Origin: Methanococcus maripaludis
Lineage (GTDB): Archaea > AGJL01 > Methanococci > Methanococcales > Methanococcaceae
DNA: 32,000 nucleotides
NCBI RefSeq assembly: GCF_002945325.1
Contig: NZ_CP026606.1
Location: 930,001-962,000, forward strand
Reading direction: 5' to 3'
Below, in pieces: positions 1 to 9,091 of this stretch. Made by a program: the position numbers and the translations under genes. The stretch's first letter is position 1. Each line of letters begins with the position of its first letter. A model generated the notes under the pieces. That model was not told where the DNA came from. It was given only the letters and a program-made list of their open reading frames with translations, and ran no database searches.

Positions 1-1
1 A

Positions 2-271
2 AATCCGGCACTTTTAGAACATGAAAAATTTACGGGACTCTTAAGAGCAATTTCACACCTTTCTGAAGAACTCATGAAAAGAAAAGATATCGATAATTTA
101 CCGCAATCAGATATTGACCATATTTCTGGAGACATTGTAAGAGTGTACGAAAGACTCGTATCAGAATGGTTAGACTACATGATGTATTTAAAAAATAACT
201 ATCCATATTTATTTTCACTTGCAATGCGGTCAAATCCTTTCGATTTAACGTCAGAAATAATTGTAAAATAA
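2..271 (+). CDS. 3' end of a gene truncated by the window edge; hypothetical protein
   Basis: The frame is open from nt 2 (NPALLEHEKFTGLLRAISHLSEEL precedes the listed Met at 74) to the TAA at 269-271. I recognise no motif. Confidence 0.5.
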   Translation, partial: NPALLEHEKFTGLLRAISHLSEELMKRKDIDNLPQSDIDHISGDIVRVYERLVSEWLDYMMYLKNNYPYLFSLAMRSNPFDLTSEIIVK

Positions 272-282
272 ATCTTTTAAAG

Positions 283-306
283 GTACATGGGGTTTATCCC
301 ATGTAC
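283..306. terminator. Perfect 9-bp hairpin (GTACATGGG / CCCATGTAC, 6-nt loop) just after the stop at 271, followed by a T-run (tttattttt)
   Basis: Inverted repeat read directly: 283-291 pairs with 298-306. An oligo-T tract follows at about 322-330. Function as a terminator is inferred. Confidence 0.35.
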
Positions 307-592
307 TTAAAGAGTGCCAATTTATTTTTGAGTAAACTATTTTTACGAGAGTGTCTTTGTGCCAAGTTACGAAGTACGGCAACTATGGACAAATATTTCA
401 AACACCGTTAACACGATATTTAACAGTATATTTCGCTTATCATACGATAAGCAACAAATATACCTTTTTTTAATATATATTGTTTTTGGCAGGACTTTTT
501 ATGTAAATCGTCTTTTTAACATTTTATAAGGTTAAATTTTAGTTAATCAAATTTATTTCTAAAAAAGTAAGTTTATTAAAAATTAAAAGGAA

Positions 593-1672
593 TTAAAATT
601 CAATATCTTCTCTTTCCATTTTCTTTTTTGAAAGTGATATTACTGGGTTTATTGATGCTTCTCCTTCAACTGAAACGTATCCGTTGATTACAGTTCTATC
701 GAAGAATCCTTTACCCCATTTGTTTCTTACTAAAACTGTGGAGTATCCTTCAGGAGTTCCAACGTTTCCAACTGAAATATCCGAAGAAATTCCTGTAAAG
801 TCCCTACAGACTTTGCATCCTTTTCTGACATATTCATCCATTTCATCAATTTTAAAATTGAATACGTTGCCATGTATTGTTGAAACTATGAGTTTTCCCT
901 TGTCAATTTCCATTTTTTTAATATCCCAAGGGTTTACTTCAACTTCTTTTAGCTTTTTGAGCATTTTATCATAGTCAAAGGTTTCAAAACAGAACAGTGA
1001 TATTTTTAACCTTATTGCCTTTTTGAAAGGTTCAACTAAATCGTTGTTTGTTGCCATCATCTGGTAAACTGCATTAATAACACAAGGTGTTCCAACAACT
1101 GCAATTTTGTTTAATTTTTTTACCATTACAGCTTCTTTTAAAACTTCGAGTATTGGGACGTTCCAGTTGTATCTACTTCCAGCAGTTTTTAAAACGTCTT
1201 CTTTCGATGTTGCAAGGTATGATTTTGGATCCATTGTCCATTTATCTTCCATCATAACAATTGCGCCGTCAATTAAGTCTTCATCGAAGGCATTTGCTAA
1301 AATTGCGGTTACAACACCACCACTTTGAATATTTTTAGTTTCGAGTGTTGATTTTGCTTTATAATTTTCAATAACTCTTCCTGGAACTTTTTCTAAATTA
1401 AAGATGTGTCTTTCTTTTGTTCTTGGACATGCATTGTAACATGCACCGCAATTTACATCGTAGAGAGTTACTTTACAGAATTCCGCTGAAATTGGAGACT
1501 CCCCATTTTCAGTTGGCACAATAATACATGCGCATTCGTCACAGTCAAACTGCACGGGACTTTGCTGTTTAAAGTATATATTTTCAGTAGGACATACAGA
1601 AACGCACGCTCCGCAACCAGAGCATGTTTCTCTATCCCATACTTCTTCTTTTAAGTTCAAGTATGACTTCAT
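593..1672 (-). CDS. FrhB-like F420-binding/[4Fe-4S] subunit with an N-terminal ferredoxin domain; putative electron-input subunit of glutamate synthase
   Basis: N-terminal Cys motifs CSGCGACVSVCP and CGACYNACP. The remainder resembles the FrhB/FdhB/FpoF family. The ATG at 1672 has AGGTGG 5 nt upstream, so I prefer it over the GTG at 1681. It lies 32 nt downstream of the GXGXG gene on the same strand. Confidence 0.85.
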   Translation of the reverse strand: MKSYLNLKEEVWDRETCSGCGACVSVCPTENIYFKQQSPVQFDCDECACIIVPTENGESPISAEFCKVTLYDVNCGACYNACPRTKERHIFNLEKVPGRVIENYKAKSTLETKNIQSGGVVTAILANAFDEDLIDGAIVMMEDKWTMDPKSYLATSKEDVLKTAGSRYNWNVPILEVLKEAVMVKKLNKIAVVGTPCVINAVYQMMATNNDLVEPFKKAIRLKISLFCFETFDYDKMLKKLKEVEVNPWDIKKMEIDKGKLIVSTIHGNVFNFKIDEMDEYVRKGCKVCRDFTGISSDISVGNVGTPEGYSTVLVRNKWGKGFFDRTVINGYVSVEGEASINPVISLSKKKMEREDIEF

Positions 1673-1704
1673 AATTTCCACCTAAATCTCTTAAAGTATT
1701 TTAA

Positions 1705-2496
1705 TTATCTCAAATCAGGTGTGTACAGTTTCTGGAATGGCCTGCTTGAAATTGGAGCGATTTTTGTATATTTTGAATTGATAAGTTTTTCTTTGATTTC
1801 GTTAGAATAACCAAATTCTGCACAGAATTCTTCGATGTATGGAGTAATTTTTTCAATGTCTTCTTCAGTAAAGTCCTTGATGTCTGCTGCAATTCCAAGT
1901 TGGGAACTTTCGACAATTCCCCTGATGTAAATTACACCGCCGTGAATTCCTGTTGCAATCATTCTTCCTTCGATATTTTCAGTATCTTCTTTATCCATGT
2001 TGAAGTTTAAAATAATTCCTCCAGCCATGTATTCCCCAAGGAAGTCTTTTGCAGCTCCACCGATAACTAAAACAGGGAATTTGTATTTGTATTCTTTCAT
2101 GTGGATTCCGCTTCTGTATCCAACATTTCCTTGAACGTAAACTTTTCCGCCTCTCATCGAGTGGCCGGTTACATCCCCACTACTTCCGTGAATTACGACA
2201 AATCCTTCATCCATTGTATTTCCCGGAGCATGGTCCGCATTTCCATTTACAACTACTTTAGGGCCTTTCATAAACATTCCGAGGTCTCCACCAGGAACTC
2301 CGTTTACGATTATCGTTAAATCTTTTCTTGAAACTCCGTTTCCAATAAATCTCTGGCCTAAAACATTTTCAAGTACTAATTTTTCCAAGTCTTTGTTTTC
2401 GTCCAAAACTTCGTGGATTTTCTCGTTTAATTCCCTGTAGTCCATGTCCTTGGCGTCAATTTTAAGTTCTTTCATTCTTTCACCTAGACTGGCCAT
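1705..2496 (-). CDS. Glutamate synthase GXGXG domain protein (GltB domain 3 / FwdC-like beta-helix)
   Basis: Repeated beta-helix turns: NGVPGGDLGMFM, HGSSGDVTGHSMRGG, QGNVGYRSG. Its ATG overlaps the upstream stop (TAATG at 2494-2498). Confidence 0.9.
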   Translation of the reverse strand: MASLGERMKELKIDAKDMDYRELNEKIHEVLDENKDLEKLVLENVLGQRFIGNGVSRKDLTIIVNGVPGGDLGMFMKGPKVVVNGNADHAPGNTMDEGFVVIHGSSGDVTGHSMRGGKVYVQGNVGYRSGIHMKEYKYKFPVLVIGGAAKDFLGEYMAGGIILNFNMDKEDTENIEGRMIATGIHGGVIYIRGIVESSQLGIAADIKDFTEEDIEKITPYIEEFCAEFGYSNEIKEKLINSKYTKIAPISSRPFQKLYTPDLR

Positions 2497-4028
2497 TACA
2501 TTCCTGCCTGTTTTATTCCTAATGTATTTAATTCAATCTCGCTGAGTCCTACGCCCCTCAATCTGTCTCTGTTTCCTCTGAGACTTTCTATAGAGTTAAT
2601 TCCTGCAGCTCCGAGTAATTCTTGGATTTCGTGAGTCCATGCGTGTATTAAATTAGCGACTCTTCTTGCAGCGTCATCTACTTCCAATCTTTTTACGAGT
2701 TCAGGTTTTTGAGTTGCAATACCCCATGCACACTGTCCCGTGTAGCATCTTCCACATACTGTACAGCCCATTGCAACCATTGCAGCGGTTCCAATGTACA
2801 CTGCATCAGCACCAAGTGCAATTGACTTGAATACATCAGCGGAGTTTCTAATACCTCCACTTGCAATGATGCTTATTTTATGCCTGTTTCCTTGCTCTCT
2901 TAATCTATCATCTACTGCTGCGATTGCAACTTCGATTGGAATACCAACGTTATCCCTAAATACTTTAGGTGCAGCACCAGTTCCACCCTTAAATCCATCG
3001 ATAACAACTGCATCTGCATCTGATGTTGCAATACCGTTTGCAATTGCTGATACATTGTGCACTGCAGAAATTTTAACAAATACTGGCATTTTCCATCTTG
3101 TAGCTTCTTTCAAACTTCTGATGAGTTGTGCAAGATCTTCAATTGAGTAGATATCGTGGTGAGGTGCTGGCGAAATTGCATCTGAACCTTGAGGAATCAT
3201 TCTCGTCATTGAAACTTCTGCTGACACTTTTTCTCCAGGTAAGTGCCCTCCGATTCCAGGTTTTGCACCTTGACCGATTTTGATTTCAATTGCAGCCCCT
3301 TTGTTTAAATATTCACTGTTTACACCAAATCTACCACTTGCAACTTGTGTGATGATGTTATCTGAATATCCATACAAATCCCTGTGAAGTCCGCCTTCAC
3401 CTGTTCCCATGAACGTTCCACATTCTTTTACAGCTTTTGCCATTGCTTTGTGGGAATTTAATGAAAGTGCACCGTATGACATGTGTCCGATCATTATTGG
3501 AGTATCTAACTTAAGATTTGGAGCAATTTTTGTTTTTAATTTTGCTTTTTTGACTTTTTTACCGTCGATTTCTTCTTCAACGTAGTCAAATTCTAATTTT
3601 TCTGGTTTTTTACCAACGTATGTTCTAAGTTCCATAGGTTCTCTTAATGGATCTATTGAAGGGTTCGTTACCTGACATGCATCAAGAACAATTTTATCGA
3701 AGTATATCGGGTACTCTTTTGCATTGCCCATACCGCTTAATAGAATACATCCTGATTTCGCCTGTGTTACAACATCCTGTTTTACTTCAGGTGTCCATAC
3801 GGGGTGTTCCCTACCGCATGATTGATTTAATGTAACGGTAATAGCATCTCTAGGGCACAGTGAAGCACATCTTAAACATGCCCCACATCTGTTAGGGTAC
3901 GTTAAAATTTTATTTCCCTGTCTTCTGTAAACGCCCCATGAACACTCAGTAGTACATCGTTCACAAAGCATGCATCTTTCCGGATCCACAAAAACTTTGT
4001 ATTTTGGCGGAACTGTTGAAGGTATCAT
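2496..4028 (-). CDS. Glutamate synthase FMN/central domain (GltB domain 2) fused to an N-terminal 2x[4Fe-4S] ferredoxin
   Basis: N-terminal CMLCERCTTEC and CGACLRCASLCP. GltB-like segments ISPAPHHDIYSIEDL, GGTGAAP, ASGGIR and GCTVCGRCYTGQCAWGIATQ. Confidence 0.92.
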   Translation of the reverse strand: MIPSTVPPKYKVFVDPERCMLCERCTTECSWGVYRRQGNKILTYPNRCGACLRCASLCPRDAITVTLNQSCGREHPVWTPEVKQDVVTQAKSGCILLSGMGNAKEYPIYFDKIVLDACQVTNPSIDPLREPMELRTYVGKKPEKLEFDYVEEEIDGKKVKKAKLKTKIAPNLKLDTPIMIGHMSYGALSLNSHKAMAKAVKECGTFMGTGEGGLHRDLYGYSDNIITQVASGRFGVNSEYLNKGAAIEIKIGQGAKPGIGGHLPGEKVSAEVSMTRMIPQGSDAISPAPHHDIYSIEDLAQLIRSLKEATRWKMPVFVKISAVHNVSAIANGIATSDADAVVIDGFKGGTGAAPKVFRDNVGIPIEVAIAAVDDRLREQGNRHKISIIASGGIRNSADVFKSIALGADAVYIGTAAMVAMGCTVCGRCYTGQCAWGIATQKPELVKRLEVDDAARRVANLIHAWTHEIQELLGAAGINSIESLRGNRDRLRGVGLSEIELNTLGIKQAGM

Positions 4029-4055
4029 CTTTTCTCACCTAATTATTAACTTAAA

Positions 4056-5147
4056 TTAAATTTTTTTCTCTAATTTTGCAATAACCATTCTTCCTGCGTC
4101 TGGCATCCATACTCGATCCAATTCAGGGCATATTTTCCTAATTGCTGATTCTTCACTTGATACAAATAACAAGTCATCTTTTTCTGCAGCAACTAATGGT
4201 CTTAATTTAATTCTGTCAGTTAAACCAACCATTGTATTTCCTTCTTCGACTTCACCATTCATGAAAGCCATTCCTTCTTGTGTTCCAACAACAATTCCGA
4301 AAGGACCGTTCATTGTTGCACCGCCATAGGTCATACGGATTGCTTCGTGTATTTTTTTATCTTCTTTGGACATACTCTCGATTTCATCCCAGAATCTTGG
4401 AGCTAATGCACTCATTGCATATTCTACAGGGATTTTGTGTTTCCTGATGAGTAAATCGAAGAGATATGCAACAACTTCTGTGTCGGTTAAAAGTTTACAT
4501 TTGTATCCAAAACTTTCAACGTATCTTTTGTTTGCACCGTAGCTTGTAATTTCTCCGTTGTGAACTACAGACCATCCTAACAGGTTGAATGGGTGCGCAC
4601 CTCCCCACCATCCTTTCGTGTTTGTAGGGTATCTTGCATGTGAAAGCCATTGGAAACCTTTGTACTGGTCAATTTTAAAGTATTCTGCAACTTCTAAAGG
4701 CCATGCAGCGGCTTTAAATACGCCCATATTTTTACCGCTTGAAAATACAAATGCTCCGTCGATTTTAGCGTTGATATCCATTACGATATCCACCATCATG
4801 TCTTCTTCGACTGATTTGTATTTTTCATCAAACCTGTAGAAAAATCTCCACGAAACCTGTTCTTTTTTGATAATTCCTTCTTCTGTTGGAATTTCTTCAT
4901 CTTTTAAGATGTATCCGTATTTTACAAGAACTTCTTCGACTTCGTGTCTAATTTTATCGTAATCTTTGGTTGCATCTAAAAAAACGTGTATTGCATAGTC
5001 ATCTTTATAGTCTGGGTAGATTCCATATCCTACATAACCTGAACCTTCACCATTTCCTCTTTCCTTTAAACAATTCAAGGCTGTAGCAATCCTGTCTCCA
5101 CTGATAAGTCTTCCAGTTCTACTCATAAATCCGATAATTCCGCACAT
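4056..5147 (-). CDS. Glutamate synthase glutamine amidotransferase domain (class II / Ntn type, GltB domain 1)
   Basis: Begins MCGIIGF, with the catalytic Cys directly after the initiator Met. It is the first gene of the co-directional cluster, with a 27-nt gap to the next gene. Confidence 0.92.
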   Translation of the reverse strand: MCGIIGFMSRTGRLISGDRIATALNCLKERGNGEGSGYVGYGIYPDYKDDYAIHVFLDATKDYDKIRHEVEEVLVKYGYILKDEEIPTEEGIIKKEQVSWRFFYRFDEKYKSVEEDMMVDIVMDINAKIDGAFVFSSGKNMGVFKAAAWPLEVAEYFKIDQYKGFQWLSHARYPTNTKGWWGGAHPFNLLGWSVVHNGEITSYGANKRYVESFGYKCKLLTDTEVVAYLFDLLIRKHKIPVEYAMSALAPRFWDEIESMSKEDKKIHEAIRMTYGGATMNGPFGIVVGTQEGMAFMNGEVEEGNTMVGLTDRIKLRPLVAAEKDDLLFVSSEESAIRKICPELDRVWMPDAGRMVIAKLEKKI

Positions 5148-5293
5148 GATAAGCCTCCAACTTTAGGTTATCCTATTATGAAAAAAGTCATTTATATACA
5201 TTATTGAATATAAAAGAGCCAATATACTCTGAAAAATTATTTTTTATAGGTTAATCCAAGTATTTATTCAATTATTTTAAAAAATATAAAAAA

Positions 5294-5911
5294 TTATTTT
5301 TTAATATCAACAACACCAGTTCTAAACAAGTGTTCTATACTAACGCCTTCGATTTCATCGATTCCACTTTTATCCATTACCACGAATACTTTTTTAGGGT
5401 TAGCAATACCTTTTAAGTATTTTATTGTTTCTTTTACAGAATTTCCAGATGTCATTACATCATCAACAATAATAACGTCCTTTCCAACAATACTGGACAT
5501 GTTTTGACCGATAAATCCTGTTGTTTTCTCTTTTTCAGTATGGATGTGTTTTTTTGGAACATATATAGAGAAATTTTTATCAAGTTCATCCGAAATCAGC
5601 GTTGCAAGAGGAACCCCGCCTGAAGAAATTCCGACAACACCGTCAAATTCAACATCTGAAAGCATGTCGCAGATTATTTTTGAAATATTTCTAAGCCTTC
5701 TTGATGAAGCCCGAACGTTGTCCCATTCTAAAAAGATATCCAACTTTTCAGAATCCTCTTTAGGACTTTCTTCAGCCTTTAAAAGTTCTTCACCATTTAG
5801 TGTAAGATATAATGCCGTTTTAACTGATATGTTTAGTTCTTCTGCAATATCCCCACTTGGAAAACCCATATCCCTTAATTTTAAAGCCTTAAGTATGAGT
5901 TCTTTTTTCAT
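5294..5911 (-). CDS. Orotate phosphoribosyltransferase-like protein with an N-terminal HTH (PyrE2-like / GfcR-type putative regulator)
   Basis: N-terminal HTH-like segment [21 protein letters not shown]-binding loop [13 protein letters not shown]. 205 aa. Confidence 0.8.
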   Translation of the reverse strand: MKKELILKALKLRDMGFPSGDIAEELNISVKTALYLTLNGEELLKAEESPKEDSEKLDIFLEWDNVRASSRRLRNISKIICDMLSDVEFDGVVGISSGGVPLATLISDELDKNFSIYVPKKHIHTEKEKTTGFIGQNMSSIVGKDVIIVDDVMTSGNSVKETIKYLKGIANPKKVFVVMDKSGIDEIEGVSIEHLFRTGVVDIKK

Positions 5912-6105
5912 GATATCACCACGTTACCAGATAATACTCTTTTATATTATTTTTATATTTCGCTAGATTTTGATTGATGCCAAAGAATGACATATATTCT
6001 CAGAAATTCATGAAATATTTTTATCAGATAGATTTATAAAATGCCGTTTTAGATTATAAAACAATATTCAGTTTATTAAACCCAAATACTAATTTAGATG
6101 GTAAT

Positions 6106-6951
6106 ATGAACAAAAATGAAATAGCTAATCTGAAAATGCAAGGTTTTATCCTTCAAAACGATGGAAAACATTTTGCATTAAGAATAAAAACCGATGCAGG
6201 ATGCATGGATTCAGAAAAAATTGACAAATTGTCAGAAATATCAAAAAAATACGGTAGAAATTATATTAGTTTCACCGTCAGGCTTTGTGTAGAAATTCCT
6301 TGGATAAACTACGAAGATATACCTAAAATAAAAGAAGAACTTAAAAATTCAAGCCTGATATCCGGTGGAACTGGAAACACTGTAAGGCCCCTTGTCGCTT
6401 GTAAGGGAACTGTTTGCACTCACGGACTTATTGACAGTCAAAAGATTTGTAACGAACTTGATTCATTATTTTTTGGAAAAAAATTACCGCATAAATTTAA
6501 GATAGGAATTTCAGGATGTCCAAATAACTGTGCAAAAGCGCAGTTAAACGATGTAGGAATTATTGGACAGAGAATACCAAAAATAAATGAAGAAAACTGT
6601 AATGGATGCACACTGTGCTTAAAATCCTGCAGTGTCGATGCAATCACAATCGTTGATAAAAAAGCAGTTATAGATTATGAAAAGTGCGTTAACTGCGGAA
6701 AATGCGGGGAATCGTGCAAAAGAAAATGTATTTCTTTAAAAGATGGTGTATTGATATCCGTTGGCGGAAAATTCGGTAAAAAATATAAAATTGGCGAAAA
6801 TATAGGAATATACGATGCTCCAAATCTTGAAAAGATAGTTTCTGAGATTATGGATTATTTCGAGGAAAATGCAGATTCTCATGAAAGATTTGGCGATACA
6901 ATCGATAGAACGGGAATTAGTTCTTTAAAAGAAAAATTAAAAGGTTATTAA
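6106..6951 (+). CDS. Small nitrite/sulfite reductase-like (Dsr-like) siroheme protein with an inserted 2x[4Fe-4S] ferredoxin domain
   Basis: Motifs ACKGTVCTHG ... GCPNNCAKA (siroheme/[4Fe-4S]-type). Inserted CNGCTLCLKSCS and CVNCGKCGESC. 281 aa. Confidence 0.75.
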   Translation: MNKNEIANLKMQGFILQNDGKHFALRIKTDAGCMDSEKIDKLSEISKKYGRNYISFTVRLCVEIPWINYEDIPKIKEELKNSSLISGGTGNTVRPLVACKGTVCTHGLIDSQKICNELDSLFFGKKLPHKFKIGISGCPNNCAKAQLNDVGIIGQRIPKINEENCNGCTLCLKSCSVDAITIVDKKAVIDYEKCVNCGKCGESCKRKCISLKDGVLISVGGKFGKKYKIGENIGIYDAPNLEKIVSEIMDYFEENADSHERFGDTIDRTGISSLKEKLKGY

Positions 6952-6968
6952 TAAATATTAACCAGTTA

Positions 6969-7697
6969 TTATAACATTCCCATCCATTTGTGGATTTGTG
7001 GCGTGCACATTACATCCACATACTTGCCACAAATGGCCATTAATTCAAATATCTTTTTTTTCGAAGTAGTTGTTTTTATTTTATCAGTTGGTGATACCGG
7101 CTGAATACATAGCGTTATATTTCCAATTTTTGATAAATCTATTGCAATTCTTTCAATTAATTCTTCAGAAGTTTCTTCAAACACGACAATTTTTGCATAA
7201 ACGTCAGTTCCTGCCAGATAGAGTCTTTCAATCGTTTCAAGTTCTTTTTTATACAATCCATACCAGAAATCGTCGTCTTTATTTTCAAAGTGTTCTGGCA
7301 ACTTTATATCTATTGAAGCATAATCGTAGCTACCCAATCGTTCTGGAAACATTCCATTGCTCTCTAAAAACGTCTTATAACCTTTATGTTTTAAAATCTC
7401 AGAATATTCTTTTATTTTATTTGAATATACCAGAGGTTCTCCTCCAGTAAAAGAAACTGCAAAAAGGTCAGGAGTCCTCAATTTTTCAATAATTTCGATA
7501 AGTTCATGTTCAATTTCTAGATATTCCATAAATTCGCCTGATCCGGAAATTTCTTCGACTCTTGCAGTTCCCCCTGGAGCATTTGGCTCGTCACAATATA
7601 TGCAGTCAAGGGGGCATTCTTTAAATCTCACAAAAATAAATCTTTTACCAATAAACTTCCCCTCCCCCATAATTGAGGAAAACACTTCTCTAATCAT
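6969..7697 (-). CDS. queE: 7-carboxy-7-deazaguanine synthase (radical SAM)
   Basis: N-terminus SIMGEGKFIGKRFIFVRF followed by CPLDCIYC. GGTGG RBS 4 nt upstream. Confidence 0.85.
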   Translation of the reverse strand: MIREVFSSIMGEGKFIGKRFIFVRFKECPLDCIYCDEPNAPGGTARVEEISGSGEFMEYLEIEHELIEIIEKLRTPDLFAVSFTGGEPLVYSNKIKEYSEILKHKGYKTFLESNGMFPERLGSYDYASIDIKLPEHFENKDDDFWYGLYKKELETIERLYLAGTDVYAKIVVFEETSEELIERIAIDLSKIGNITLCIQPVSPTDKIKTTTSKKKIFELMAICGKYVDVMCTPQIHKWMGML

Positions 7698-7843
7698 TTA
7701 ACCACCGATAAATCGTTTTTAAAATTTAAAACGTATTTAATATTAAGTTCTCAAATAATGAACTCAGATACTTATATATACTATCAAAAGCAGTGTAATA
7801 TTGCATCAATATAAGAGATGTATATAATACTAGGTGAATAAAT

Positions 7844-8053
7844 ATGGCTTTCGGTAAACCCGCAATGAAAAATGTTCCTGTTGAAGCAGGAAAAGAATAT
7901 GAAGTAACAATTGAAGACATGGGTAAAGGTGGAGACGGAATCGCTAGAATCGATGGATTCGTTGTTTTCGTACCTAACGCAGAAAAAGGTAGCGTTATTA
8001 ACGTTAAAGTTACCGCTGTAAAAGAAAAATTCGCTTTCGCAGAAAGAGTATAA
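7844..8053 (+). CDS. Stand-alone TRAM domain protein (small RNA-binding, chaperone-like)
   Basis: 69 aa. GDGIARIDGFVVFVPNAEKGSVINVKV is typical of single-domain archaeal TRAM proteins. AGGTGA RBS 7 nt upstream. Confidence 0.85.
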   Translation: MAFGKPAMKNVPVEAGKEYEVTIEDMGKGGDGIARIDGFVVFVPNAEKGSVINVKVTAVKEKFAFAERV

Positions 8054-8113
8054 GTGTTTCACGTCTTCCCTTAATACCTGTGGGCTTTTATCGGAAACCC
8101 CAGTAGTTAAGCA

Positions 8114-9091
8114 GTGATAAAGATGATCGAATCACTCATTCGATTCTTTTATTTTTTTATTAGTCTAGTTATATACTGGATCAATTTAATCCGTGCATTT
8201 AATCTGGAACTTATTGAAAAACGTACTCTTGACATTATTTTTGTTTTCAACTTATCAGTACTTTTCTTTTCGATATATTTTATGTCTGATGTAAATTATG
8301 TTTTTGGACTTTCTGTTTATGCTGCTTCTTTTTTGAGCGTTTTACTGATTAGAAATCAGGTCTTTTTTGAAAAATTTACAAAACTTTTAAAAATGGATCT
8401 TTCGTTTGACAATCCGATTCATAAGATTTCACTTTCGCTTTCTACATACATTTTATTAAATCCAATAATCGCTTTTGCATCGGGAGCAGGTCTTATAATC
8501 ATCCTTTCTGACTTTTTAGAAATATTAGATATTGCCGCATTTCAGCTTATAATTTTAGTCTACGCATTTGTTGGAATAGGCTTTGGAACGAGAAAAAACT
8601 TAAAACAGTCTATTAAAAGGCTTGATATAAAACGTCCATCCTTAAAATACGCAATTTTTGGAGTAATCCTTCTATTAATGGTTGATAAATTTATATGGGG
8701 ACTTTTTGACTTTTTTATATATGTCTTCCAGTCAATGGATCCGGCAATTTCAGAACATATTGCAGAACAGGCTGTTGTTGAAAATTCAAATGTCAATGAA
8801 GTTGTAAGTACAATAAAAACTTCAGCATCTACGCCATTAAAAATAGTATTTTTATCAATAATAGTTGGAATAAGCGAAGAAGTAATGTTTAGAGGGGCGT
8901 TACAGCCGAGATTTGGAAACATTTATACAAGCTTACTTTTTGCAAGTCTTCACGCCCAGTATCTATCATCAATGGTACTTTTAGATGTATTTATAATAAG
9001 CTATATCCTTGGAATGATAAAAGAGAGGAAATCTACATCCACTACAATATTAATTCATATATTTTACGATATTTTATCATTAATCTTTTGA
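8114..9091 (+). CDS. CPBP family intramembrane metalloprotease (CAAX-protease-like)
   Basis: Multi-pass hydrophobic protein. CPBP motifs SEEVMFRG (EExxxR), FASLH (FxxxH) and HIFYD (HxxxD). The start is either the GTG at 8114 or the ATG at 8123. Confidence 0.75.
   Translation: MIKMIESLIRFFYFFISLVIYWINLIRAFNLELIEKRTLDIIFVFNLSVLFFSIYFMSDVNYVFGLSVYAASFLSVLLIRNQVFFEKFTKLLKMDLSFDNPIHKISLSLSTYILLNPIIAFASGAGLIIILSDFLEILDIAAFQLIILVYAFVGIGFGTRKNLKQSIKRLDIKRPSLKYAIFGVILLLMVDKFIWGLFDFFIYVFQSMDPAISEHIAEQAVVENSNVNEVVSTIKTSASTPLKIVFLSIIVGISEEVMFRGALQPRFGNIYTSLLFASLHAQYLSSMVLLDVFIISYILGMIKERKSTSTTILIHIFYDILSLIF

Noticed and set aside
684-1328. Plus-strand ORFs 684-974 and 1107-1328 from the six-frame track.
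   Set aside because: They are fully antisense to the well-supported FrhB-like CDS. Their translations are low-complexity and Ser/Leu/Phe-rich, as expected from reading AT-rich coding DNA backwards. They have no RBS.
2794-3835. Plus-strand ORFs 2794-3150 and 3647-3835, and similar antisense ORFs at 2101-2319, 4585-4839 and 5544-5966.
   Set aside because: They are embedded antisense in genes with strong family signatures (GOGAT domains, PyrE-like). I saw no independent start signals or motifs.
7726-8062. Minus-strand ORFs 7726-7920 and 7784-8062 overlapping the TRAM gene.
   Set aside because: They are antisense to, or overlap, a short but highly characteristic TRAM CDS that has a strong RBS. 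Their translations are Phe/Ser/Tyr-rich with no signals.
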